DNA of 64,000 bases from Dehalococcoidia bacterium. GTDB lineage: Bacteria > Chloroflexota > Dehalococcoidia > Lucifugimonadales > UBA3495. A program made the position numbers and the translations under genes. The stretch covers positions 2,994,352 through 3,058,351 of the forward strand of contig OZ244112.1 in assembly GCA_965215675.1 (NCBI GenBank). Direction: 5' to 3'. Position 1 is the first letter of the stretch. Each line of letters begins with the position of its first letter. Positions 44,434 through 53,879 of this stretch are shown in pieces. Below the pieces are notes generated by a model. That model searched no databases, had not been told where the DNA came from, and saw nothing but the letters and a program-made list of their open reading frames with translations.

Positions 44434-46356
44434 ATGGCGGAAAACCAGACAACAGGCCGGGGCGACGAGGGACCACGCGACTGGCGCAGGCGCCGCGGGC
44501 GGCGGCAAGAGGCGCCGCAGACAGCGTCCGGGGAGCCGCAGCCTGATGCCATCGACGACGTAAGCGCGGATCTCGAGGAAGCCGGGGAGCAGACCTCCCG
44601 TCCCCTCATCAGCGTGCTGGAGCCAGCGGCTAACGCCATCGGGATCTTCGGTGCGCCCCTAGTGATTGCGGGCATCATTGGTCTCGTTACCGGCATCGTG
44701 GTGGTGGCGTTCGTCAGCTCGATGCGCCTGTACGGCATCATCGACATCATCATCGGCGCATCGCTGATCGCGCTGGTCGGAGCCGTCTTCATCAGTTCGG
44801 TCATAGCCGCTTTTCTGAGCCGGACCGGTCGATACGGCATCAACACGCTAATACTGCTTGTCGCATTCACTGCAATCGTAATAATTCTCAATTTGCTGTC
44901 ATTTGAGAACACGCAGCGGGTGGACGTCACGGCAACCAACCAGTTCAGCCTTTCGGAACGGACCCGGGACCTGCTGGGGGACCTGCAGGAAGACATTCGC
45001 GTGACCGCGTTCTACAAGGCCCTGGAGGACACCGCCGATGCGCAGGTGGCGGCTCGGCGCAACCAGGTGATTGACACGCTGGAGGAATTCGAGTCGCGTT
45101 CAGGGCGGTTTTCCTTCAGAGTGGTCGACCCCGACCTAGAACCGGGTATCGTGTCGGCATATTTCGGGGCCCGGCCCACCGGATTCGTAAGCGAGACCGT
45201 CGTGGTGGAAAACCTGGCCAGCGGCGATTTCGACTCGCTTCAGCCCACCGATCCCAGCTTCGGCCAACTGGAACAGGACCTTGTGACGGGGTTGTACGTG
45301 GTGACCGGGCAGGAGCAAAAGACGGTCTACTTCCTGGCCGGACACGGGGAACGGAACATCAACAGCGCGTCCGGGGAAGGTTACGCATTTTTGCGCCAGG
45401 CACTGGAGCAAGAGAACTACCAAGCCAGGGCGCTGGTCTGGTCCGTCGCCGACACCGATGTGTCGGTACCTGACGATGCGGCCCTGGTGGTGGTGGCCGG
45501 GCCGACATCGGACCTGCCGGAGCCCCACGGCACTGCGCTGGACCTCTTCCTGCTGGGGCGAGACGCCACTGGAGAAAGAAGGCGCGAAGGCGGCAGGGTG
45601 ATCTTCCTAGCCGAGCCGGACACCCCGGATTCCTGGCGCGAGTTTCTGATTCAGTGGGGAGTCCTGCTCAGCCCAGGTTACATCCGTGACCTGGATGCCT
45701 CTGTACCCGGTCTGCCCCAGACTCTGGCGCTGAACATTGACTTCAACACCCTGGTGAACTTCAACGTGCAGATCCTCGGCAGCAGCGAGACGGTCATCAA
45801 CAGCGCCTTCGAAGCGGCGCTGGAAATCGTGGCCCCCGACGGTCGTCAACTGCAGAACGTGTTCATGCCGGACGCTGCTACCCTGTTGCCATTTGACGAC
45901 GGAGCGCGGCTGCCGCTGGCACTGGGATTTACCTCACCCAACAGCTACATCATTTCCGACCCAGACCGCACAGACCCTGTTACCGAGGGAGATACGGCTG
46001 ACCCCCAGGGGCCCTTCATTCCCGTAATGCTGATGCGCGCGGCCTCAAAGGTCGGGGTGCCGCCACCGGAAGGCGACACCGCCGATTCCGACGTCTCCCT
46101 GCTCCTGACCTACGGCGACGCTGATTTTGTATCCAACGCCAACGTAGGGCGAGGCAGCGGCCTGGACATGTTCGTAAATTCAACCAACTATCTGCTTGGG
46201 GACTACTCGCTGGTGTCGATAAGGCCCAAGGCCTTCGCTTTCCGGGAATTCAACCTAGACAAGAACGAGTACGATTTCGTGCGCTTCTCGTCGTGGCTTT
46301 TCCTGCCCGGCCTTATGGCGCTGGCCGCCGGGCTGGTATGGTGGTTGCGGAGATAG
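44434..46356 (+). CDS. GldG-like ABC-transporter auxiliary component
   Basis: 640 aa with N-terminal TM segments after an R/E-rich extension, a large periplasm-like domain and a C-terminal TM anchor. The gene order ATPase-permease-GldG is conserved. Confidence 0.7.
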   Translation: MAENQTTGRGDEGPRDWRRRRGRRQEAPQTASGEPQPDAIDDVSADLEEAGEQTSRPLISVLEPAANAIGIFGAPLVIAGIIGLVTGIVVVAFVSSMRLYGIIDIIIGASLIALVGAVFISSVIAAFLSRTGRYGINTLILLVAFTAIVIILNLLSFENTQRVDVTATNQFSLSERTRDLLGDLQEDIRVTAFYKALEDTADAQVAARRNQVIDTLEEFESRSGRFSFRVVDPDLEPGIVSAYFGARPTGFVSETVVVENLASGDFDSLQPTDPSFGQLEQDLVTGLYVVTGQEQKTVYFLAGHGERNINSASGEGYAFLRQALEQENYQARALVWSVADTDVSVPDDAALVVVAGPTSDLPEPHGTALDLFLLGRDATGERRREGGRVIFLAEPDTPDSWREFLIQWGVLLSPGYIRDLDASVPGLPQTLALNIDFNTLVNFNVQILGSSETVINSAFEAALEIVAPDGRQLQNVFMPDAATLLPFDDGARLPLALGFTSPNSYIISDPDRTDPVTEGDTADPQGPFIPVMLMRAASKVGVPPPEGDTADSDVSLLLTYGDADFVSNANVGRGSGLDMFVNSTNYLLGDYSLVSIRPKAFAFREFNLDKNEYDFVRFSSWLFLPGLMALAAGLVWWLRR

Positions 46357-46517
46357 ATGCAGCCCCTGCATTTCGGCCGCCGGGTTGCGAGTGAGCCCGT
46401 GGTAGCGGGATTGATCGATCAGCCCATCAGAGAGCGGACCGGGATTTGGAATAGATCCATATCGGCCCGAGACACGTCCGGGACGCGACCGGCGGATTCT
46501 ACGGAACAGTCTGAATA

Positions 46518-47570
46518 ATGAACGTACGGCTTACTATACTACTGGCCGTCCTGGCGGCAATGATTGCTTCCACCTGGGCCATCATTGAGTTCACGGACCT
46601 GGTCTACAGGGAGGATGCCGCCCCGCAAGAGCCGTGGCTCTATCATTTCGAGGTGTCTGACATCACCGGCATTGAGGTAACGCACAAAGAGAACGCAGTC
46701 AAGTTTGGCCGGGATCCCGCCAGCAACCAGTGGATGATTATCGGAAACCCCGACTATCCAGTCTTCTCCCAGCGCTGGGGTGGCATACCGCTGCTGCTTA
46801 GCGGCCCCCGCGTCAACCGGGGCCTGAAGCAGACAATAGACGACGGTTCCCAATACGGACTGGAACCCCCTGAATCAGTCGTCCGTGTTTCCGATTTCGC
46901 GGGTAACACCTTCGAGTTCCATATGGGCATCCCCACGCCAGACGGTCAAAACCAATACGCCAGGCTGGTGGGGGACAACGCCCTCTACACCGTCCCGGCG
47001 ATCTGGGCGGAAGTCGTCAACCGGCTGGCCAATGAACCGCCGTGGGGAAGGCTCTTCGACCTGGCAATCCCTCAGATCACGGTGGTTGAGATCACCGCAA
47101 ATGACCAGACGACGGTCTATTTCCTCGATAACGAACGCTGGTTCGTGTACCCCGGGCCTCCCCCACCGGACCCGCAGACGATCGCCCCGGTGTCAGACGA
47201 ATGGCTTCCATGGCTGGAACGCCTCGCGTCGCCGAGGGTGGACACGATAGTGGACGCACGACTCGCTGACCGGGACACAGAGAGGCTGGAGGGATACGGC
47301 TTTGACCCGCCCGCCGTCCGGGTGGTCTTCGCCCGCCGAGGCGAGACCACCATCGAGATCCACTTGGCCGAGGGTCCACCGGGCAGCGACAGCTACTACG
47401 CCCGGACGATAAACAACGTCGATGAGGCACTCTATTCCTTAAAGAAGTCCAGGCTGGAAGGGATCGAGACACTCGTAACCGACCCACTGGTGTCGCCGGA
47501 CTGGGAACCACTTGACAGCGATGATGGTGAAGACCAGGAAGAAACGGAAGACGGGGAGTCAGGCAACTAA
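46518..47570 (+). CDS. DUF4340-like protein (usual neighbour of gldG-like genes), acidic C-terminus
   Basis: N-terminal TM anchor, 350 aa, located directly downstream of the GldG-like gene. Confidence 0.55.
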   Translation: MNVRLTILLAVLAAMIASTWAIIEFTDLVYREDAAPQEPWLYHFEVSDITGIEVTHKENAVKFGRDPASNQWMIIGNPDYPVFSQRWGGIPLLLSGPRVNRGLKQTIDDGSQYGLEPPESVVRVSDFAGNTFEFHMGIPTPDGQNQYARLVGDNALYTVPAIWAEVVNRLANEPPWGRLFDLAIPQITVVEITANDQTTVYFLDNERWFVYPGPPPPDPQTIAPVSDEWLPWLERLASPRVDTIVDARLADRDTERLEGYGFDPPAVRVVFARRGETTIEIHLAEGPPGSDSYYARTINNVDEALYSLKKSRLEGIETLVTDPLVSPDWEPLDSDDGEDQEETEDGESGN

Positions 47571-47596
47571 CGTGCCAGAAACTCAGACAACTTTCG

Positions 47597-47618
47597 GGGG
47601 CGCACGGCGGTGCGCCCC
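47597..47618 (+). terminator. rho-independent terminator-like hairpin
   Basis: GGGGCGCAC-ggcg-GTGCGCCCC followed by TGCGATTTATTT. It lies between the DUF4340 gene and cinA. Confidence 0.6.
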
Positions 47619-47669
47619 TGCGATTTATTTCCCCTCCCATGAAGACAACCGTACCTGCAGAGGAGCGAC

Positions 47670-48917
47670 ATGAAGGCCGAAATAATGGGTATCGGCACCG
47701 AACTGCTGATGGGCGAACTCAACGATACCAACGCTGGCTGGATTGCGACGCGACTGCCTCCATTGGGTATCACGCTGCAATGGGTAACACTGGTGGGAGA
47801 TGACTTGGGACAGCTGACCCACGCCTTCCAACAGGGTCTCGAGCGTTCAGACATCATATTCACCACAGGGGGCCTGGGACCGACGCAAGACGACTTGACC
47901 CGCGAGGCAGTGGCTGCGGCTCTCGGAGAGACCCCGGCGGTGCAGGAGGACATGGTCGAGGAGCTGAGAAAGTATTTCCTGAACCGCGGCCAGGACATGC
48001 CCACCCACAACATCAAGCAAGCCTGGCTGATTCCTTCAGCTGACTTCATACCCAACCGCAACGGGACCGCTCCCGGCTGGTGGGCGGAGCGAAACGGCAA
48101 GATCATCATTATCATGCCTGGGCCGCCAGTGGAAATGCAGGCCATTTTTCGCGACCACGTTGAGCCACGTCTAAAGGAACTGGTGACCGAGGAAGTCACC
48201 ATCACGCGAAACGTCAAGACCATGGGACTGGGCGAGGCTTCAGTGGACGAGATCATGTCGGAGTATTTCGGCCACGAGAATCCCTACCTCGGCATCTACT
48301 CCAAGGCCGACGGAATCCACCTGCGGGTGATCGCCAGGGCCGTCGACGAGGCGACCGCCCGCCACATGATCGAGCCGGTGGAACAGGCGGTCCACGATCG
48401 GCTGGGCGAGTACATCTGGGGCTACGACGACGAGACTCCCGAGCAGGCCATCGCCCAGGCACTGCAGTCGCGAGGAAGGACCCTGGCGGTGATGGAGTAC
48501 TGCACCGGCGGCTTCCTGACCAACGCCATCACCGAAGCCAACGACGCCTGGAAACACTTCCGGGGCGGCATCGTGGCCTTCGGCGCCGAGTCGATGGCGG
48601 CGTCGGGCGTTCCTCCGGCGCTAATGGACAATCACGGAGCGGTCAGCCAGGAGGCGGCCAACGCCATGGCCTCGTCGGCGCTGCTGCAGATGGAAGCCGA
48701 CTACGGAATTGGAATCACAGGCTCTCCCGGCCCCGCAGAGCTGGATGGCCGCCCCATGGGCCTGGCCTTCGTTGCCATTGCTCGCGCCACCGTCGCGGGT
48801 CCTCAGGTTATCAAGGAACTGGAGCTACGAGTGCCCCCTCGCCGCATCACCATCAAGCGCCGGATCAGCAACCAGGCGCTCATCGAACTTCGCAAGCTCG
48901 TTGACGCAGGGGAGTAG
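47670..48917 (+). CDS. cinA: CinA family protein (competence/damage-inducible; nicotinamide-nucleotide amidohydrolase PncC domain)
   Basis: MKAEIMGIGTELLMGELNDTN N-terminus, ..IFTTGGLGPTQDD.., and C-terminal ..EYCTGG... Confidence 0.9.
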   Translation: MKAEIMGIGTELLMGELNDTNAGWIATRLPPLGITLQWVTLVGDDLGQLTHAFQQGLERSDIIFTTGGLGPTQDDLTREAVAAALGETPAVQEDMVEELRKYFLNRGQDMPTHNIKQAWLIPSADFIPNRNGTAPGWWAERNGKIIIIMPGPPVEMQAIFRDHVEPRLKELVTEEVTITRNVKTMGLGEASVDEIMSEYFGHENPYLGIYSKADGIHLRVIARAVDEATARHMIEPVEQAVHDRLGEYIWGYDDETPEQAIAQALQSRGRTLAVMEYCTGGFLTNAITEANDAWKHFRGGIVAFGAESMAASGVPPALMDNHGAVSQEAANAMASSALLQMEADYGIGITGSPGPAELDGRPMGLAFVAIARATVAGPQVIKELELRVPPRRITIKRRISNQALIELRKLVDAGE

Positions 48918-48924
48918 AGTCGAA

Positions 48925-49800
48925 ATGAGGGTCATTGCCTCCATTCTGTTCCTTTTGCCAGTCCTCGTTCTTGCGGCGCTCGCCTGCGGCGGCGAGGAGG
49001 CCGATCCCGCTACCGTCGCGGCACCAACTCAGGTTGCAGTAGTCCAGGCTACGGCGAAACCCGAGACCGCCACTGAGGAGTCTCCTCAGGAAAGGCAAGA
49101 ACCCACGGAGCCCATCCCGACGGTGCAGCCAACTGCTGTCGCCACCCCCACTGAGCCTGCGCCTACCCCTGAAGCCACATCGGTTCCTCAACCAACGGAT
49201 ACGCCCCAGCCCACACCTAATCCGGAGGACACGCCGACACCGGCCCCGACGGAGGCGTCAGAGGATCCGTCGGCCGACAGTGGGGCAGGACCGAACTCGT
49301 TCATAGTGGGCGAGGGGTCGGAGATAAAGTTCATTGTGAAAGAGGAGACCAGTTTCGCGCCGGTGCGCTTTGACGCAGAGGTTTCCGGAACCGGGCTTTC
49401 GGGCTTCGCCAACCTCGACGGCAGCCCGTCGGTGATCCTGCTGGACCTGCATGCGCTGGAGAGCGACCAGAGCTTCCGTGACGGCTACATTCGTTCTCGA
49501 ATGTTCCCAAATACTCCAACTGCGACCGTAGTAGTGGAAAGCCTTCCCGACCTGCCCCAGAGTTTCTTTGATGGCGAAAAAACGACCGGCACGCTGGCAG
49601 GCTCTCTACAAATTGGAGAGACGGTTACCACACTGACTTTCGATGTTGAAGCGCGACACGACGGCAACGTGATAAACGTCCTGGGACGCACGACCTTTAC
49701 CTGGGACGACCTGGGCCTGGGAAAGCCAGTCTTCGGCCCCGTTACGTACCTGGGAGACGAGGTCCAGGTCCAAGTGCTGATAGTGGCCCGCGAGCGGTAA
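48925..49800 (+). CDS. YceI-like domain lipoprotein
   Basis: Signal peptide plus lipobox AALAC (ATG 48925), a P/T/E-rich tether, then a YceI-like beta-barrel pattern (..IKFIVKEE..VRFDAEVSG..G.L.IGETV..LTFDVEA..). Confidence 0.6.
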   Translation: MRVIASILFLLPVLVLAALACGGEEADPATVAAPTQVAVVQATAKPETATEESPQERQEPTEPIPTVQPTAVATPTEPAPTPEATSVPQPTDTPQPTPNPEDTPTPAPTEASEDPSADSGAGPNSFIVGEGSEIKFIVKEETSFAPVRFDAEVSGTGLSGFANLDGSPSVILLDLHALESDQSFRDGYIRSRMFPNTPTATVVVESLPDLPQSFFDGEKTTGTLAGSLQIGETVTTLTFDVEARHDGNVINVLGRTTFTWDDLGLGKPVFGPVTYLGDEVQVQVLIVARER

Positions 49801-49907
49801 GTAAACCTACCTTTTTTAGTAAGGTTTTAAGATAGGCCGACGGTTGAGCTAAGCAGCTTGGTGTAGGCAGGGCAGTAAAGGGGGAGCCAAGCATCAGAGA
49901 GTCAGGA

Positions 49908-51536
49908 TTAGTTACCTTGCTCGAACACAGTCGCCAGAGGTTGAACCCGAGCTTTTAGTCTGTCAGCGAATTCAGCGTCGCGTCCGATCCTTGAGATTAA
50001 CGCTCTACGATAATGTTGCTTGGAGATCTCCAGCGCCTTCTCTATTTCAGCAAACGCATTTGTGTGCCTTGCCGGGTAACGGGTTATGATTCCTGCCAGG
50101 TCGTTTTTCTCCAAGAGGCCGTGGAAGCGCTCTAATTCATCCCTGAACAATTGCTGGGCGTCCACTTGGATTGGTTGAATAGTGTCGTTCTGAATGGTCT
50201 CCCAGTTCGGCATTTGACTATGAGCCTTTTGTCGTACTTCGCGTTCACAGCGTCGAGCAGCCATCCTCTCTGGCACACCGGTGTCCTTTAGTGCGGCCAA
50301 AGCTGCGGACCTAGCGGCTTCCTTCAACTCATTTGCATCCCCACCCAGAAAATCAGCCTGCTGTTCTGCCAAAGCCGCGATCGCCTCTCCACAGTAATAG
50401 ATAGACTCCACGGAATAGCCATTTAATGCAAAAATCCCTTTCTGCGATAATTTGAAGATCTCGTCACTATTCCTGTTGTCCGCATCAATTAAGCCACAAG
50501 CTGTTACTTCGTGTAATTCATTAGCTTCCTGTAGGCTCTCCACAGACTTAATCACCCTATCGTAGTCCCCCACCGGAAATACAGAGATATCCGGAAACAG
50601 TGCCGAATAGAGCTGCTTGTCTAAGCTTTGCGATTCCCCCTCCACGAATAATACCCTCCGGCGAGACCCAAGTATGGCCCGCTTGACATCCTCAAGTAGA
50701 TCGGCATCCCCCTCTAGCAAGTTGGCGTCCCACGCAGCAGCTGAGTTGCCATTCCATTGGCAAGACCTCAGGATCAGAACTGCGGCATCGGGATCGGAAA
50801 TCGGCAGACCAATCTCATGAGTAGATACAACAAATGGGCAGTCAGGGCGCAAGGCGAACATCGCTGAAAGCAAGGGTTCAATGATTGATCTATGCAAGTG
50901 ACGTTCTGGTTCGTCGATGAGCAAGACCATACCTTCAGCCACTGTCAAGACTTCGGCTGCAAGCAAAACAGCATTACGCTCGCCATCGGACATTTGCGCC
51001 ATGTCGTATGGTTCACTGGAGCCTTGATGCCATGCCAGAATTTGTTCAGTGCCTGAATACTCAATCGAAACTTTCAATGTAGCGATTGTGAGCAGTTCAT
51101 TAATTGACTCGAACGGAGACTTTTCACCGCTAGGGATTCCGTCGGCTTCCTCTCGATAACCTGCCCTCATAAGGTCCCTAATGCGACGGGCTTGAGCGTT
51201 GTCTTTGGCTGTCAAACTGTACAAGACGGACGACAATCTTATCTGAGGGTCATATTCGCTATATCGGTATTGTGGGTTTCCCTCTCGTCTCTGAAGGTTT
51301 TGAAAAAATTGACTGGTGACTCGGGCCGTGGTATTGATCTCTGCACTTTCCAGAAAGGTCTGTCGGTGAGCTGACATGCGCCGAACTTTGCCAGAACCAA
51401 GTTGCGTAACAGCATGTTGGATAAGAGCGGACTTTCCCGATCCGTTGGGACCAACCACATAGAGGGGTCTTCCAGGTTCAAGAAGAATTGCCAGATCTAC
51501 ACCATTGGTTCGCTTGATCGCCAGTTCCATAGCCAC
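49908..51536 (-). CDS. ABC-type ATPase fused to DUF4435/OLD-type TOPRIM domain (PARIS AriA-AriB-fusion-like or class-1 OLD-like defence nuclease candidate)
   Basis: Walker A GPNGSGKS, signature-like MSDGERNAV, Walker B VLLIDEPERHLH, H-loop VVSTHE. The C-terminal half has RVLFVEGESQSLDKQLY..FPVGDYDRVI..GLIDADNR (TOPRIM E and D-x-D). The gene is visibly more A+T-rich than its flanks. Confidence 0.7.
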   Translation of the reverse strand: MAMELAIKRTNGVDLAILLEPGRPLYVVGPNGSGKSALIQHAVTQLGSGKVRRMSAHRQTFLESAEINTTARVTSQFFQNLQRREGNPQYRYSEYDPQIRLSSVLYSLTAKDNAQARRIRDLMRAGYREEADGIPSGEKSPFESINELLTIATLKVSIEYSGTEQILAWHQGSSEPYDMAQMSDGERNAVLLAAEVLTVAEGMVLLIDEPERHLHRSIIEPLLSAMFALRPDCPFVVSTHEIGLPISDPDAAVLILRSCQWNGNSAAAWDANLLEGDADLLEDVKRAILGSRRRVLFVEGESQSLDKQLYSALFPDISVFPVGDYDRVIKSVESLQEANELHEVTACGLIDADNRNSDEIFKLSQKGIFALNGYSVESIYYCGEAIAALAEQQADFLGGDANELKEAARSAALAALKDTGVPERMAARRCEREVRQKAHSQMPNWETIQNDTIQPIQVDAQQLFRDELERFHGLLEKNDLAGIITRYPARHTNAFAEIEKALEISKQHYRRALISRIGRDAEFADRLKARVQPLATVFEQGN

Positions 51537-51579
51537 AAATTGATGCCTCGTTTCAAGGATTGTAGGATACTATTCTACC

Positions 51580-52731
51580 TCAGTTGACCACCAGCCCCTG
51601 ACCGAGCTGCGTCAGCGTCTCGCAGCCGGCCGGGGTCGTGATGACGGTGTCGCCTACGGACATGGCGAGCTTGGTGTTGGAGTCGAGCAGGATCATGTGC
51701 AGGAACATGACCATGTTGGGCTGCACGACGACCGGGTTGTCGCGGTAGATCATGGGCCAGTCCATCCACGTAGGCGGGTAGAGGGCGCCCAGGCTGTAGC
51801 CGCAGGCGTTGAGCTTGTGATCGCCGAACCCGGCGTGGTCCAGGGCCTCGGCGTGGGCCTGAAAGATGTCGCCAAAGGTGGCGCCGGGAAGGCAGGCGTC
51901 CTTGCAGGCCTGCAGCGCATCTGCGCAGGCGGCGTGCATGGCCACGTGCCGAGGATCGGGCTTGCCGGTCAGGATGGTGCGCATCAGGCAGGCGTGGTAG
52001 TGGCGGTAGGCGCCGCCGAACTCCAACTGTAGTTGGTCGTTGTCGCCCAGGGTCCGGTAGCCAGTGAAATTGCGAACGTTCAGCGCGGTCTCGCCGGAAC
52101 CGATGATGAACCGCGTGGCCGTGTAGTCACCGCCTCCTTGAAAGACCGCCGAGGTCATCGCCGCCAGCACGTCCTGCTCCGGCGTGCCTGCTTTCGCCAT
52201 ACGCTGTGCTGCCAGCCACGCCTCGTCGGCCAAGACGCCCGCCTGACGCACATACTCGATTTCCGCGTCGCTCTTGACCAGGCGCAGGCGGCTGACCAGC
52301 TCCGAGGCGTCCTCCCAGTCGCACTTGCCCTCCATCGCAGCGCGGACGTACTCCCATCGACTGCCGGTGAGGCACCACGCCTCCAGCTCCACGCCGACCC
52401 TCTCGCCGCGACAGCCCTGCTCCTCGAGGATGCCCCACAGGTCCTGTCCGGGATTGACGCCGGCGCTGTCCACCCAGACGCGAATGTCCTCGATCACCGA
52501 CGTCAGGTGGGCCTGTCGAAGGTCCGCAGACCGGGTGAGCAAGACCAGTGTGCCGTCGGCACCCAAATAGAGGCACTGAAACTGGGAATAGCCGGTCGTG
52601 TCGTACCCGGTGAGGTAGTACATGCTCTCCTGTCGGAAGATTAGCAGGGCAGCCAAGCCACTGGCCTGCAGCTCAGCAACCACCCTGTCCCGGCGAGACT
52701 TGAGCTCCTGTTCGGTGAAATGCAGAGCCAA
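51580..52731 (-). CDS. M24 family metallopeptidase/hydrolase (creatinase / Xaa-Pro peptidase / ectoine hydrolase-like)
   Basis: Creatinase-N-like N-terminus (..EL..R..RV..EL...GL.ALLIF..ES..YLTGY) and a pita-bread C-terminal domain. Confidence 0.8.
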   Translation of the reverse strand: MALHFTEQELKSRRDRVVAELQASGLAALLIFRQESMYYLTGYDTTGYSQFQCLYLGADGTLVLLTRSADLRQAHLTSVIEDIRVWVDSAGVNPGQDLWGILEEQGCRGERVGVELEAWCLTGSRWEYVRAAMEGKCDWEDASELVSRLRLVKSDAEIEYVRQAGVLADEAWLAAQRMAKAGTPEQDVLAAMTSAVFQGGGDYTATRFIIGSGETALNVRNFTGYRTLGDNDQLQLEFGGAYRHYHACLMRTILTGKPDPRHVAMHAACADALQACKDACLPGATFGDIFQAHAEALDHAGFGDHKLNACGYSLGALYPPTWMDWPMIYRDNPVVVQPNMVMFLHMILLDSNTKLAMSVGDTVITTPAGCETLTQLGQGLVVN

Positions 52732-52837
52732 TTTACACCCCCATTTCGTCCTTCTATCAGTTCAGTCGGCGATGCCAGTATAATCTGCGCAAAACTGACC
52801 GCAATCACGCCGCGCGGCGAAGGCTGGAGGTCCGGAT

Positions 52838-53797
52838 ATGGCTACCGTCAATACCGTGCTGGGTACGATTGATTCCGCCGACATGGGGTTCACGCTGCCC
52901 CACGAGCACCTGATCGACTCGTCCGCCGGCATACGCATCAGCTACGGCGAGCTGGAGCTACGGGACCGGGCCCTGGAAATGGCGCTGGAGGACTTCCACA
53001 AGGCCAAGGCCGGCGGCGTCGACACCGTCGTCGAGGTTTCGCCCATGGATCTGGGCCGCGACGTGGCGCTGATGAGGGAGGTCTCGCGGGAGACAGGCGT
53101 CAACTTCGTCTGCTGCACCGGCTGCTGGCTGGACATCCCACGCAGCTTCTGGTGGCGCGACAAGGAGTTCATCGCCGACCTGTGGGTGCGCGAGATCGAG
53201 GAGGGCATCGACGGCACTGGCATCAGGGCTGGCATCATCAAAGTGGCCACCAGCGACCCCATCACCGAGCATGAGGAGCTGATGCTGCGCGCCTCGGCCC
53301 GCACCCACCTGCGCACCGGCGTGCCCATCACCACGCACACCCCGCCCATGTCCCGCGTCGGCGAGCGGCAGGTGCAGATCCTGACCGAGGAAGGTGTGGA
53401 GCCTCAGAACATCTACGTCGGCCACATCAACCAGACCCTCGACCCGGGCTACCACCGCGAACTGGCGCGCCTCGGCGTCTGGCTGGGCTGGGACATCAAC
53501 AACCCCAGGGGCCGCCCTCACCTGCCGCCTTGGGAGCAGCGGGCCGAGTACCTGAAGAACCTGCTGGACGAGGGCATCACGTCCAACATGATGCTTTCCC
53601 ACGACTGGAACGTGGTGCTCTCGAGGCTCGGGTCGTCAGGCTTCCCCAGCCGCGACGAGAACCCCGACGGCTTCCTGTGGCTAAGCCGCGCCTTCATCCC
53701 CAAGCTGCAGGAGCTGGGCGTCTCTGAGGCAGCGGTGGAGCGGATGATGGTCACCAATCCGCGCAAGCATTTCGAGGGTGTGCAGGCTGGGGACTGA
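52838..53797 (+). CDS. phosphotriesterase family (PTE/PHP) amidohydrolase-fold protein
   Basis: G.TLPHEHL metal-binding start motif, ..IKVA.., ..THT.. and ..LSHD.. motifs of the PTE family. Confidence 0.85.
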   Translation: MATVNTVLGTIDSADMGFTLPHEHLIDSSAGIRISYGELELRDRALEMALEDFHKAKAGGVDTVVEVSPMDLGRDVALMREVSRETGVNFVCCTGCWLDIPRSFWWRDKEFIADLWVREIEEGIDGTGIRAGIIKVATSDPITEHEELMLRASARTHLRTGVPITTHTPPMSRVGERQVQILTEEGVEPQNIYVGHINQTLDPGYHRELARLGVWLGWDINNPRGRPHLPPWEQRAEYLKNLLDEGITSNMMLSHDWNVVLSRLGSSGFPSRDENPDGFLWLSRAFIPKLQELGVSEAAVERMMVTNPRKHFEGVQAGD

Positions 53798-53879
53798 ACA
53801 GCCTATAGAGCGAGGTAGACCGGCGGCCACAACGAAAAAACTGGAGCGCGTCGGAATTTCCCAAAGGTAATAGGCTGAA

